From Candidatus Tepidifontimicrobium thermophilum (GTDB taxonomy: Bacteria; Sysuimicrobiota; Sysuimicrobiia; Sysuimicrobiales; Sysuimicrobiaceae), in NCBI GenBank assembly GCA_031459915.1, contig JAVKHO010000004.1:120858-184857 (forward strand): DNA of 64,000 nucleotides. Direction: 5' to 3'. The first letter of the stretch is position 1; each line of letters begins with the position of its first letter. The position numbers and the translations under genes are program-made. The notes under the pieces are model-generated. The model worked only from the letters and a program-made list of their open reading frames with translations, did not search any database and had not been told where the DNA came from. Positions 1 to 10,687 of this stretch are shown here, in pieces.

Positions 1-1092
1 CAACCCCCAGGCCCGGATCGCCACCTCCGGGTCCAGGCGGTCCGCTTCCCGGGCGAGCCGCTCCAGGCGGTGGAATGCCTCCCCGAGCCGACCCGTCAGG
101 CAGAGGGCCATTCCGTAGCCCAGCCTCCGCCAGGGTCCCCCCATCCCCGGCAGGGCTCGACACCACCTGACCAGGGAAGACGGGACGGTGGAAGCGAGAT
201 CCAGGGCCGCGGGAGATTCCAGGAGCGCCTCCAGTTCCCTCCACAGGGCCGCCCGCAGGTAGGCCTCCGCCCGCAGTTCGAGGGGCAGGTCGGCAGCCCG
301 CCGGCGCACCGACTCCTGGATCTCGGTCCACGCGCAGGCGTGCAGCACCTCGGTAAACAGGGCGTGGAGGCGGAACCCCTGGGCAGTCCGCTGAACGAAC
401 CCCGAGGCCTGGAGCCGCCGCAGGGGACCCTCCGCCAGCTCCTCCGGGAGGGCCGGCACAGCCGACAGAAGCAACAAAACCTCCCACTCCTGCTGCCCTA
501 AAGACTCGCGCACCCCCTGCGCGAGCGCACTCTGCAGGTCCAAGGTGCCCGTCAGGGCGGCCACGTGGACGGCGATGGGCCAGCCTCCCGTACGCTCCCA
601 GATCTCGTACGCTCTGGCTCCGTCTGCCAACAGCTGCTGGACCTCCGCCAGACGGAAGCGGAGGTCGTCTGCGGTCAGGTGAACCAGCCGCCCCGCGGTC
701 CTCGCGCGGGGGAGCTCCGGCCACCTGAGCTCACCGCGGCTGGCCAGGCCCAGCAGTAGGTTTTCCGAGGGGAGCCGGAGGGAAAGGAGGGTATCCGGGG
801 TCAGGTCGTCCAGCACCAGCACCGTGGGGCTTTCCGTCAGCACGCACTGCAACAGCGCCCACGAGGGGAGCCCCGGAAGGCCCAACATCCGTCCCAGCTG
901 TTCGAGGAGGGATCCGGTCGCGGCGTCGGCCCACAACACCCGCCACCCGTGGGCGCGAAGCCTGTCCGTCCACTGCTGGAGCAGGACGGTCTTGCCGTAG
1001 CCGTAGGGGGCCTGCAGCCACACCACATACCCGCCCCGCGTCGGGAGGGCTTCCAGCAGGCGCGGCCGCAAGACCCAGGTTGCGTGCTCCAT
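1..1092 (-). CDS. MalT-like STAND-family ATP-binding transcriptional regulator, N-terminal part (runs off the left edge)
   Basis: Not in the ORF track because it has no stop in the window. Manual translation from ATG 1092 gives MEHATWVLRPRLLEALP..VVWLQAPYGYGKTVLLQQW (Walker A), VLVLDDL (Walker B), LASR, DDLRF and TGGWPIAV, all typical of MalT-like ATPase domains. The frame is open to position 1. Confidence 0.8.
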   Translation of the reverse strand, partial: MEHATWVLRPRLLEALPTRGGYVVWLQAPYGYGKTVLLQQWTDRLRAHGWRVLWADAATGSLLEQLGRMLGLPGLPSWALLQCVLTESPTVLVLDDLTPDTLLSLRLPSENLLLGLASRGELRWPELPRARTAGRLVHLTADDLRFRLAEVQQLLADGARAYEIWERTGGWPIAVHVAALTGTLDLQSALAQGVRESLGQQEWEVLLLLSAVPALPEELAEGPLRRLQASGFVQRTAQGFRLHALFTEVLHACAWTEIQESVRRRAADLPLELRAEAYLRAALWRELEALLESPAALDLASTVPSSLVRWCRALPGMGGPWRRLGYGMALCLTGRLGEAFHRLERLAREADRLDPEVAIRAWGL

Positions 1093-1189
1093 AAGGTGCA
1101 GCGTCTATCCTCGCGCCGCCGCTCGTTTCGCGCGTTTAATGCGATTTTAAGCCGGCCTGTCACCACTGTGGAACCGGAGGGCAACAGGA

Positions 1190-2113
1190 TTGCCAGCTCC
1201 CGCATGGATCCTCAACCTGTGCGTCCTGGTGTACGCTTTCCTGTTGTGGTGGCCGGTGCGCCACGAACACCGGTTGCCTGCCCTTTGGGCCCTCCTGGCG
1301 GCCGGCGGCGCGGTGGGCGCCATTCAGCGAGCCCTCCTGGGGATCCTGTTCCCTGAGTCCGCCGGGTCCTGGCCTCCGTTTGCCGCCGCGTGGGTGGGGG
1401 CACCGGTGGCTGCCTGGCGCGGGGGCGTGGAAGAGCTGTCCAAAGCCGTGGTGGTTCTCGCGATCCGGGCACGGGCCGGCCGGTGGTTCGAGGACGCGCT
1501 CCACGGGGTGGTGGCAGGGAGCCTCGTGGGGCTCGGATACGCGCTAGCCGGCGTGGGACTGGCAGCGTTCAGGGACGCGATGCTGCCGGACGACCCCGGG
1601 AGGCTGGTGCACCTGCTCGGAGGTTGCCTGGCGCAGGGAGTCTACCCTGCCCTGCTGGGCGCCGCACTGGGATGGACTCCGGCCGACCGCGGCAAGCGGG
1701 CGCGTGTCCTCCGGGCGCTGGGCGGAGTCCTGGGCGCGGCGGCGGGCCACGCTCTGTACCTGGGGTTGGCCCAGGCCTTCCGGCCTGGGCAGGAGCCCTC
1801 GGGGATGGCGGTCGCCGGCCTTCTGGCCTTGGAGTGGGGCGGGGCCGCGGTGCTTGTGGTTGTGTGGGTCTGGGGTGCACGCCGACAGCGGGCGCTGCTG
1901 GCCAGCTATCTATGGGGAGAGGTCGCCCTGGGGACCCTCACTGACGACGAGTTCCATGCGGTGATCCGCGATGGGAGCCGGCTTGGGGGACCCCTGAGGT
2001 CGGCGCTCGTGCAGCTCGCCCTCGCCAAGCGAAGGCTCGTGCGGGGGGAGGGCCGAGAAGAGGAGGTCCAGGCTTGGCGGGATCGCGTGGCGGCGTTGCG
2101 GCGCAGGCGTTGA
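1190..2113 (+). CDS. PrsW-family intramembrane glutamic/metallo-protease
   Basis: Multi-TM protein with VEELSK (EExxK), D-GxxxG-GLGYA and a late His (AAGHALY); C-terminal tail 'LxxEVxxGTLTxxE'. Confidence 0.7.
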   Translation: MPAPAWILNLCVLVYAFLLWWPVRHEHRLPALWALLAAGGAVGAIQRALLGILFPESAGSWPPFAAAWVGAPVAAWRGGVEELSKAVVVLAIRARAGRWFEDALHGVVAGSLVGLGYALAGVGLAAFRDAMLPDDPGRLVHLLGGCLAQGVYPALLGAALGWTPADRGKRARVLRALGGVLGAAAGHALYLGLAQAFRPGQEPSGMAVAGLLALEWGGAAVLVVVWVWGARRQRALLASYLWGEVALGTLTDDEFHAVIRDGSRLGGPLRSALVQLALAKRRLVRGEGREEEVQAWRDRVAALRRRR

Positions 2114-3948
2114 GAGCCCTCCGGAGGGTCAGCGCACGCGGGGTGCAGGCGCTGGACGCCGTGGGCCAGCACCTCGGGGTGCCCGTCAAGTGGAAAGACC
2201 TCCGGCAGGCGGCAGAAGGCCTCCTGGGCCTTCTTCGGCTGGGTCCCTGGGGCGCCCTGGCCCTGGCCCTTTTCCTGGCGACCCTGGCCGGGTTCGCGGC
2301 GGTGCTACGGGAGCCTCCCGCGCAGCGGGCTCAGCCGCTGGGGACGCCCGCCGGCCTCGCGTTGCTCGGCTGCATCGCCGCTGTCTCGTTCTCTCTTCTC
2401 CTGTCCGGGATCCGCTCCGCCCATCCCTCGGTCCGCTTCGTGGCCGGACTGTACGGCCTCTGGTATCTCCTCCTGCCCCCGGTGCTGGCTCTCCCTCGGT
2501 GGGTGGCGCTCCTGCCCGCCTGGGCTCTGTACGCGGTCGAAGCAGCCCGCCTGGCGGCCGACCGGAAAACACCCCTCTGGCTGATCCCCTGGGCTCTGCT
2601 GCTGGGACGTCTCAGCCCACCGCTGACGCGGCAGGTGTGGGCTTCCGTGACGGCCTGGGCCCTTCTGTACTTGGCGGTCGGCACCATTCTCTTCCGGACG
2701 GTACGTCGCCCTCCTCCGGAGCGTACGGTGCTGTTCTGGAGCATGGCGGGAGTCTACGCCTGGGGTATTCTCCAGAGCCCCGGTCGGTTCGGCGAAGCCC
2801 TGCACATGGGCTACTCGGCCCTGTTCACCTTCCTCGGGCTGTTCTGGATGTGGCTGGCCGCGGACCTGGTGGACGACGCCTCGGAGCTCGCCGAGCGGGC
2901 GGTGGGCCGGCTGCGGAGGCTGCTGGGAGGCCGGTGGGGACGCTACGGGGTCAGCGGGGCTCTGGCGCTTGTGGGAGGCACATCCCTGTTGGCGGCCCTG
3001 CTGCCGCGGGTCGTACTGGAGGCCCTGCCGCTACCCGTCCTCCGGCTGGTGGCGAGGTTCCTCCAGAGCGCCTGGACGGACGGGCTGGCGGTGTGCGGTG
3101 CTTTGATGGTGTTCACGGGGGCCGCGACATGGCTGCGGGGGACCCGGGATCCCGCGGACGCAGCCGCGGACGGCCTGGCCTCCGGAGTCGTCCTCGTTCT
3201 CGTCTACTGGGCCGGGACACAGGCGTGGGCCGGGCTGTCGGAAGTGGAGGAGCCGTCGGGCTGGTGGCCGCTCGTGCTGGCGTCGGCGCCCGTGCTGCTG
3301 GAGGAGTTCAAACAGACGGCCAAGGGGGTGAGGGAAGGCCCTGCGGCTGCAGCCCTGATGGTGGTGGCGGTGGCCCTCCTGGGGATCGCTGCCACCGCGT
3401 TCCAGTTCGTCTCGGACCCGCGCGAGGCTGTGCGGGACACCACCCTCTACCCCTTTCTCGGAATGGTGCTGTGGGGGCTTCCACACCTCCTGGTCAGGCT
3501 GGTGGCTGGGTGGAACGCGCAGGTCCAGTCGGTTCGCCTGTTCCTGGTGGGCTACTCCTCGGCCCTGCCGGCGGCCCTCGTCTTCCCGGACCTCCGGAGC
3601 GGAGCACCGGCGCTGGCGGTGCTCCTGTGGCCGCTGGCCCTGCGCGTCAGTGGCCGGCCACGGGGTGACTCCCTCGGCCTGCGCGCGGCTTCCGGGATCT
3701 TGCTGGCGAGCGGGACGCTGGCGTTTTTCTACGAGCCCCTGCCCGTGCCGGTACCCTTCGCTCCTTGGACCGATGCGCTCATCCGGAGGCTTGGGGCAGT
3801 GCAGGCTACCGAGTGGCTGAGCTGGGCCCAGCTGGTGGCCTGGTTGGGAGCCGCCCTGGCCGGAGCGGCCTTCGCGGTCCTCGGCCGCGCGGGCTGGGCC
3901 GGTGCGGCGCTGCTGTGGGCCCTGTGGAACCGGCTCTTTCTCCGCTGA
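2110..3948 (+). CDS. Large polytopic membrane protein of unknown function
   Basis: Long ORF with many hydrophobic segments. The TTG start at 2110 overlaps the prsW-like stop (TTGA); the ORF track starts it at 2074. Confidence 0.7.
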   Translation: MRALRRVSARGVQALDAVGQHLGVPVKWKDLRQAAEGLLGLLRLGPWGALALALFLATLAGFAAVLREPPAQRAQPLGTPAGLALLGCIAAVSFSLLLSGIRSAHPSVRFVAGLYGLWYLLLPPVLALPRWVALLPAWALYAVEAARLAADRKTPLWLIPWALLLGRLSPPLTRQVWASVTAWALLYLAVGTILFRTVRRPPPERTVLFWSMAGVYAWGILQSPGRFGEALHMGYSALFTFLGLFWMWLAADLVDDASELAERAVGRLRRLLGGRWGRYGVSGALALVGGTSLLAALLPRVVLEALPLPVLRLVARFLQSAWTDGLAVCGALMVFTGAATWLRGTRDPADAAADGLASGVVLVLVYWAGTQAWAGLSEVEEPSGWWPLVLASAPVLLEEFKQTAKGVREGPAAAALMVVAVALLGIAATAFQFVSDPREAVRDTTLYPFLGMVLWGLPHLLVRLVAGWNAQVQSVRLFLVGYSSALPAALVFPDLRSGAPALAVLLWPLALRVSGRPRGDSLGLRAASGILLASGTLAFFYEPLPVPVPFAPWTDALIRRLGAVQATEWLSWAQLVAWLGAALAGAAFAVLGRAGWAGAALLWALWNRLFLR

Positions 3949-3953
3949 CGGGT

Positions 3954-5540
3954 CTACCTCCTTACGAGCCTGCGGACCAGCTGCGCGGCCCGTCTTCCCG
4001 TCTGTGCGGCTCCGTTCATGTAGCCCTGGTAGTCGAGGCTGGTGTGCTCGCCCGCGAACAGGAGCCTGCCCACGGGCTCGAACTCTGCACCCGCGATGGT
4101 GGTGTACTGCCCCACCTTCCAGCACGCGTAACTGCCCCGCACGAAGGGGTCCGAGGGCCAGTGCCACCGCGCGACCCGGCCGGTGTAGGCCCCGCGAACT
4201 CCCGGGAAGACCCGCTCCAGGTCCGGGAGCACCCTCTGCGCCTGCTCGCGCGCCAGCCCCTCGCCCACATCCACGCCCGCCCGGCCGCCGAGGAACACGG
4301 TGTACGTGCCCGCCGTCCCCGGCCTTCCCCGGCTGCTGTCCCACCCGGTCTGGAGCGGGAGGTCGGTGAACAGCTCGCCTGACGAATCTGCCTTGCGCCA
4401 CGCCCGCTCCCGGAACCCGAGGATCAGTTTGCTGTTCGTGCCGTACCCCAGCTCCTGGATGGCGCGCCGCTTGACCGGCGGGAGGTCAACCTGCAGTTCC
4501 ACCTCCCGCAGGAGGGTGAAGGGGACGGTGAGGATCACGAAGTCCGCGTCCGCCTCCACCACCCCCGCTCCCCGCCGCTCGAAAACCAGACGGTAACCGC
4601 CGCCCCGCGGCCGGACCGCCACCAGACGGTGACCCAGGTGCAGGGAGGATTGCAGGAGAAGGGCCAGCCGGTCGCAGACCTGCTGGTTCCCACCCCGCAC
4701 GCTGTAGCGCTCGTCGCTGTCCCCGTAGACCTCAAACGTGGTGCTCGGCTCCGTGCCGATCAGGAGGACGAGGTTGAGAGCGGACTGTTCGCCCGCGTCC
4801 AGCCCGTACTCCGCGACGTACGCGACTTCCAGCAGCTCCTTCACCCATCCGGAAGCTCCCACGCGGTCCAGGTACTCGGACACGGACATGCGATCCAGCT
4901 CCCGGGCCCGCGGGGTGTGCCGGCGGTAGGTGACGACGTCGCCCAAGGCGTCCTGGTCCTGCCGGATCCGTCGGGCGAGGGGCTGAAAGTTGCGCACGAC
5001 CTCCGACTCGGAGATCCGACGGCCGTCGAAGTAGAAGGTGGGACGCAGCCTGGCTTCCGAACCGTGCTGGAGGTCGATCAGCTCCAGACCCAGGGAGCGT
5101 ACCAGACGGTGCATGTCCTCGTGGCCTGTGTCGATGAACTCCCCGCCGAATTCGGTCACCAGGCCCGGGACCACGGCTCCCGCCACGGAGAACATGCGGC
5201 CCCCTGTGCGGGTGCTGGCCTCGTAGATCCGGGGCCGGATCCCGGCTTGGCGCAGGGAGTAGCCGGCGACCAGTCCGGCGATCCCGGCGCCCACGATGAC
5301 CACCCGCGGTGCCTGGGGTCCTGCTAGGGCTTCTGTAGGGCGCAGCAGCTCCGCAACAGCTGCCAGGGCCGCCCCACCCGCAGCCCGTAGGAACTCCCTG
5401 CGCCTGACCCGCCGCTCCCAGGTGGACTCCACCAGCTCCTCCACACCTGGAGCTCCAGGCTGGTTCGCGAGGTCCGCAAGCCGCAGCCAGTGCCGTACCC
5501 AGGAGAACGTGACTGTCCGGGCACCGCCCTTTCCACGCAT
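3954..5540 (-). CDS. Flavin monoamine oxidase family protein with Tat-like signal
   Basis: VVIVGAGIAGL..EASTRTGGR FAD motif, EFGGEFI, FAGEHTS..QGYMNGA. RRREFL twin-arginine-like segment. GGAGGGG RBS before ATG 5540. Confidence 0.85.
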   Translation of the reverse strand: MRGKGGARTVTFSWVRHWLRLADLANQPGAPGVEELVESTWERRVRRREFLRAAGGAALAAVAELLRPTEALAGPQAPRVVIVGAGIAGLVAGYSLRQAGIRPRIYEASTRTGGRMFSVAGAVVPGLVTEFGGEFIDTGHEDMHRLVRSLGLELIDLQHGSEARLRPTFYFDGRRISESEVVRNFQPLARRIRQDQDALGDVVTYRRHTPRARELDRMSVSEYLDRVGASGWVKELLEVAYVAEYGLDAGEQSALNLVLLIGTEPSTTFEVYGDSDERYSVRGGNQQVCDRLALLLQSSLHLGHRLVAVRPRGGGYRLVFERRGAGVVEADADFVILTVPFTLLREVELQVDLPPVKRRAIQELGYGTNSKLILGFRERAWRKADSSGELFTDLPLQTGWDSSRGRPGTAGTYTVFLGGRAGVDVGEGLAREQAQRVLPDLERVFPGVRGAYTGRVARWHWPSDPFVRGSYACWKVGQYTTIAGAEFEPVGRLLFAGEHTSLDYQGYMNGAAQTGRRAAQLVRRLVRR

Positions 5541-5666
5541 GGTCCCCTCCCTGTAAAGAAGGTGGGATCGCCCGCCCGTGCGAAGCAGGGTCGGCTCCAA
5601 GTCAACACGGAATCGCCTTAACGGGAGCTTAACGCCGGGGTGGGGACGTCTCGCCTCCGCGGCCTC

Positions 5667-6062
5667 CTACCGGTCCAGCGTCCCCGTCTGATACGCCCGC
5701 AGCATCAGGGCCGCCACCGTGAGGGAGACCAGGGCCACCGCCCGGGCCTCCCGGCCTGCCGGGATCGACGCACGAAGGAAGCCGCCGGGCCGCAGGCCGA
5801 AAGCCGCTACACCCCCCGCCAGGGACAAAAGCCCGTAGACCAAGTGGAGACTGTCCGGCGGTCTAGAACCCGACACGTAAAGGGCGACGCCCGACAGGCC
5901 CTGGACCACCACCATCGCCGCCGCGGGCAGGTAGACGCCCCACAGCCAGCCGGGCAGCCGCCGCCGGGCGAGGTCCAGCGCGAACGCCGCGAGGAACACC
6001 GCGGCGTGAATTGCTACCGCGGCCCACAGGAGGGTCCGGAAGGCGTGCACCGCTGAAGCCAC
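5667..6062 (-). CDS. Small 4-TM membrane protein (hypothetical)
   Basis: Hydrophobic ORF (QGLSG..P..LHLVYG) downstream of the groEL terminator; GGAGG upstream. Confidence 0.65.
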   Translation of the reverse strand: MASAVHAFRTLLWAAVAIHAAVFLAAFALDLARRRLPGWLWGVYLPAAAMVVVQGLSGVALYVSGSRPPDSLHLVYGLLSLAGGVAAFGLRPGGFLRASIPAGREARAVALVSLTVAALMLRAYQTGTLDR

Positions 6063-6098
6063 ACCGCGGAGTTCGGCGCCCGGCGCCCCACTCCTCCA

Positions 6099-6135
6099 GA
6101 AAAGACGCGGGGGAGGGCCTTGCGGCCCTCCCCCG
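6099..6135 (-). terminator. Intrinsic terminator of groESL
   Basis: Perfect 12-bp stem CGGGGGAGGGCC/GGCCCTCCCCCG (6108-6135) with a 4-nt loop, followed on the minus strand by CGTCTTTTC. Confidence 0.8.
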
Positions 6136-6152
6136 GCTGTCCGCCGTGCGCA

Positions 6153-8073
<1,921 letters not shown>

Positions 8074-8115
8074 GGCGAGCCTCCCTCCTTGGCCGTGGAA
8101 TTTGGGCGTGCGGGA

Positions 8116-8142
8116 TTAGCACTCGCACCAGGAGAGTGCTAA
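8116..8142. promoter_or_regulatory. CIRCE element (HrcA operator) of groESL
   Basis: Perfect TTAGCACTC-N9-GAGTGCTAA just upstream of groES. Confidence 0.97.
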
Positions 8143-8153
8143 TCCAAGCCCTA

Positions 8154-8182
8154 AGTGTAGGCGGGCGGCTGGGTCCCTGCAA
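8154..8182 (-). promoter_or_regulatory. Sigma70-type promoter of groESL
   Basis: TTGCAG-17 nt-TACACT on the minus strand, immediately upstream of CIRCE. Confidence 0.65.
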
Positions 8183-8190
8183 GCCCTCCC

Positions 8191-8235
8191 TTGACGCCGC
8201 AACAAGTCCGGGTATCGTATCAGTAGGTACTGATA
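8191..8235 (+). promoter_or_regulatory. Promoter plus palindromic ArsR/CmtR-type operator of the metal-efflux operon
   Basis: TTGACG-16 nt-TATCGT, overlapping the perfect inverted repeat TATCAGTA-GG-TACTGATA (8218-8235), 15 nt before the ArsR-family start. Confidence 0.7.
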
Positions 8236-8250
8236 TGCTGAGGTGGTGTC

Positions 8251-8604
8251 ATGGCCGCTTTGATCCAGGCAAACCCCACTGCCCTAGCCCTCAAGGCCAA
8301 GCTGTTCCGGGGGTTCGCGGACCGGTCCCGCCTGGCCATCCTGGAGTCCCTACGGGAAGGGCCGCGGACCGTCGGGGAGATCGTCCAGGCCACCGGGCTG
8401 AGCCAGCCCAACGTGTCCAACCACCTGCAGTGCCTCTGGGACTGCGGCCTCGTACAGCGGGAGCGGGACGGCCGGTTCGTCCGCTACCGGCTGACTGACC
8501 CCCGGGTGGACGCCCTGCTGGGCCTGGCGGACCGGATCCTGGCGGAGGTGGCGCGCGGGGTGTACCAGTGCACCCGCTACGCGGAGCAGGAGGACGCCCC
8601 ATGA
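8251..8604 (+). CDS. ArsR/SmtB-family metal-sensing repressor (CmtR-like)
   Basis: FRGFADRSRLAIL..LSQPNVSNHLQCLWDCGLV (CxxxC in helix 4) plus a C-terminal Cys. Confidence 0.9.
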   Translation: MAALIQANPTALALKAKLFRGFADRSRLAILESLREGPRTVGEIVQATGLSQPNVSNHLQCLWDCGLVQRERDGRFVRYRLTDPRVDALLGLADRILAEVARGVYQCTRYAEQEDAP

Positions 8605-10664
8605 CGGAACCCTCCACAGCGGAGCTCTCCGTGCGCGGCATGGACTGCGCGGACTGCGCGCGCCACGTGCAGCGGGCTCTGTCCGGGGTGCCGGGGGTGA
8701 AGGAGGTAGAGGTTCTGTTGGCCTCCGGTCTGGCCGTGGTGCGCTTCGACCCTTCCCGCACGGGGATCGGGCAGCTGCAGGAGGCCGTCCGCCGCGCGGG
8801 CTACGAGGTCGGCCCGGCCCGCCCCACCCCTTCACCGGCCTACGGACGCTCTCTGATGCGGCTGCTGGGCGCGGTGTTCGGGGCAGTGCTGGTGCTGGTC
8901 GTCCTGGGAGAACGGGCCGGGCTCCTTCAAGCACTCACTCGGCGCGTTCCCACCGCGACATGGCTCGTGGTCGTCCTGGCGGGTGGATGGCCGGTGTTCC
9001 GCAACGTCCTCCGCGCGGCCCTGCGCGGCCAGGTGGTCGCCCACACCCTCATGACCGTGGGGCTGGTGGCCGCGGCGGCGGTGGGGGAGTGGGCTGCTGC
9101 CGCGGTGGTGGTGTTCTTCATGCGGGTGGGCGAGTTCGTGGAACGTTTCACCACGGAGCGGGCGCGGGAGGCGGTGGCGCACCTCGCGCGCCTGAGCCCC
9201 CAGACGGCCCGGGTGGAGCGGGACGGCGCAGAGGTGGTGGTCCCTGCGGACGCGGTGCAGACAGGGGAAGTGGTGGTGGTGCGGCCCGGCGAGGCGGTAC
9301 CCGTGGACGGTCGGGTGGTTGAGGGGACCGCCACGGTGGACCAGGCGGCCATCACAGGAGAACCCATGCCCGTGGATGTGCACCCCGGCAGCGAGGTCTT
9401 CGCTGCCAGCGTGGTGCGGGCCGGCTACCTTCGCATTCGTGCCACCGCCGTGGGGCCGCAGAGCACCTTCGGCCGCGTGGTCCGCATGGTCCAGGAAGCC
9501 GAGCGCGACCGGGGACCCGTGCAGTTGGCCGCGGACCGGTTCTCCAGCTGGTACCTGCCCGTAGTGGCAGGGGTGGCACTGCTGACGTTCCTCCTGCGGA
9601 AGGACCTCCTGGCCGCCGCCGCGGTGCTGGTGGTGGCCTGCTCGTGCTCCTTCGCCCTCGCCACCCCCGTGGCGGTGCTGGCCAGCGTGGGCGCCGCGGC
9701 CCGCAGGGGGGTGCTGGTGAAGGGAGGCCGCTACCTGGAGCTGCTGGCACGGGCGGACGTGGTGCTGGTGGACAAGACCGGCACCCTCACCGTGGGCCGG
9801 CCGGAGGTGGTGGACGTGGTGGCCCTGGACGGACGGCGGCCGGACGAGGTCCTCGCCCTTGCAGCTTCCGCCGAATGGTACTCCGAGCACCCCCTCGGGG
9901 AGGCCGTCCGGCGCGCCGCGCAGGCCCGCCAGCTGGACGTGATCCCTCCCGAAACGTTCGAGGCCCTGCCGGGGGTCGGAGTACGGGCCCGCGTCTCCGG
10001 TCGGCAGGTCACCGTGGGCAAGCCGGAGAGAACAGCGCCCGACGGCCCAGCAGGTCAGCTCGAGCAGCAGGGCAGGACCGTGGTGCTGGTGACCGTGGAC
10101 GGCCGGGCGGCAGGCCTTCTGGCCCTGGCCGACCGGCCGCGTCCGGGAGTGGCACAGTCCCTGCAGCAGCTGGCGGCCCTGGGAGTGAAACGTGTGGAAC
10201 TCCTCACGGGGGACAGCGAGGCCGCCGCACGGGAGCTTGCGGAACGGCTCGGCATCGCCTGGCGCGCGCGCCTGCTGCCGGAGGACAAGATCGAGGTGGT
10301 CCGCCGCTATCAGGAGGAGGGGCACGTGGTGGTCATGGTGGGGGATGGGGTCAACGACGCTCCAGCCCTCGCGCAGGCGCACGTGGGGGTGGCCATGGGC
10401 TCTGCGGGCACCGCGGTGGCCGCGGAGGCGGCCCACGTGGTCCTGCTGCGAGAGGACTGGTCCCTGGTCCCCCAGCTGTTTCGCCTGGCGCGCCGGTTCA
10501 TGGGGACCGTGTGGCTGAACCTGCTGTTCACGGCCGCGTACAACGTCGCGGGACTGTCCCTGGCCGCAGCGGGCGTGCTGTCCCCGCCCCTGGCGGCCGC
10601 GGCTCAGTCCCTGCCGGACGTGTTCATCCTGGGGAACTCGTCCCGGCTGCTGCGACGGATGTGA
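8601..10664 (+). CDS. Heavy-metal-translocating P1B-type ATPase with N-terminal HMA domain
   Basis: GMDCADC HMA motif, TGE, intramembrane CSC, DKTGTLT, SEHPL, GDGVNDAPAL; ATGA overlap with the repressor. Confidence 0.95.
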   Translation: MTEPSTAELSVRGMDCADCARHVQRALSGVPGVKEVEVLLASGLAVVRFDPSRTGIGQLQEAVRRAGYEVGPARPTPSPAYGRSLMRLLGAVFGAVLVLVVLGERAGLLQALTRRVPTATWLVVVLAGGWPVFRNVLRAALRGQVVAHTLMTVGLVAAAAVGEWAAAAVVVFFMRVGEFVERFTTERAREAVAHLARLSPQTARVERDGAEVVVPADAVQTGEVVVVRPGEAVPVDGRVVEGTATVDQAAITGEPMPVDVHPGSEVFAASVVRAGYLRIRATAVGPQSTFGRVVRMVQEAERDRGPVQLAADRFSSWYLPVVAGVALLTFLLRKDLLAAAAVLVVACSCSFALATPVAVLASVGAAARRGVLVKGGRYLELLARADVVLVDKTGTLTVGRPEVVDVVALDGRRPDEVLALAASAEWYSEHPLGEAVRRAAQARQLDVIPPETFEALPGVGVRARVSGRQVTVGKPERTAPDGPAGQLEQQGRTVVLVTVDGRAAGLLALADRPRPGVAQSLQQLAALGVKRVELLTGDSEAAARELAERLGIAWRARLLPEDKIEVVRRYQEEGHVVVMVGDGVNDAPALAQAHVGVAMGSAGTAVAAEAAHVVLLREDWSLVPQLFRLARRFMGTVWLNLLFTAAYNVAGLSLAAAGVLSPPLAAAAQSLPDVFILGNSSRLLRRM

Positions 10665-10687
10665 GGGGCCAACCCGGCCACGCCCCG

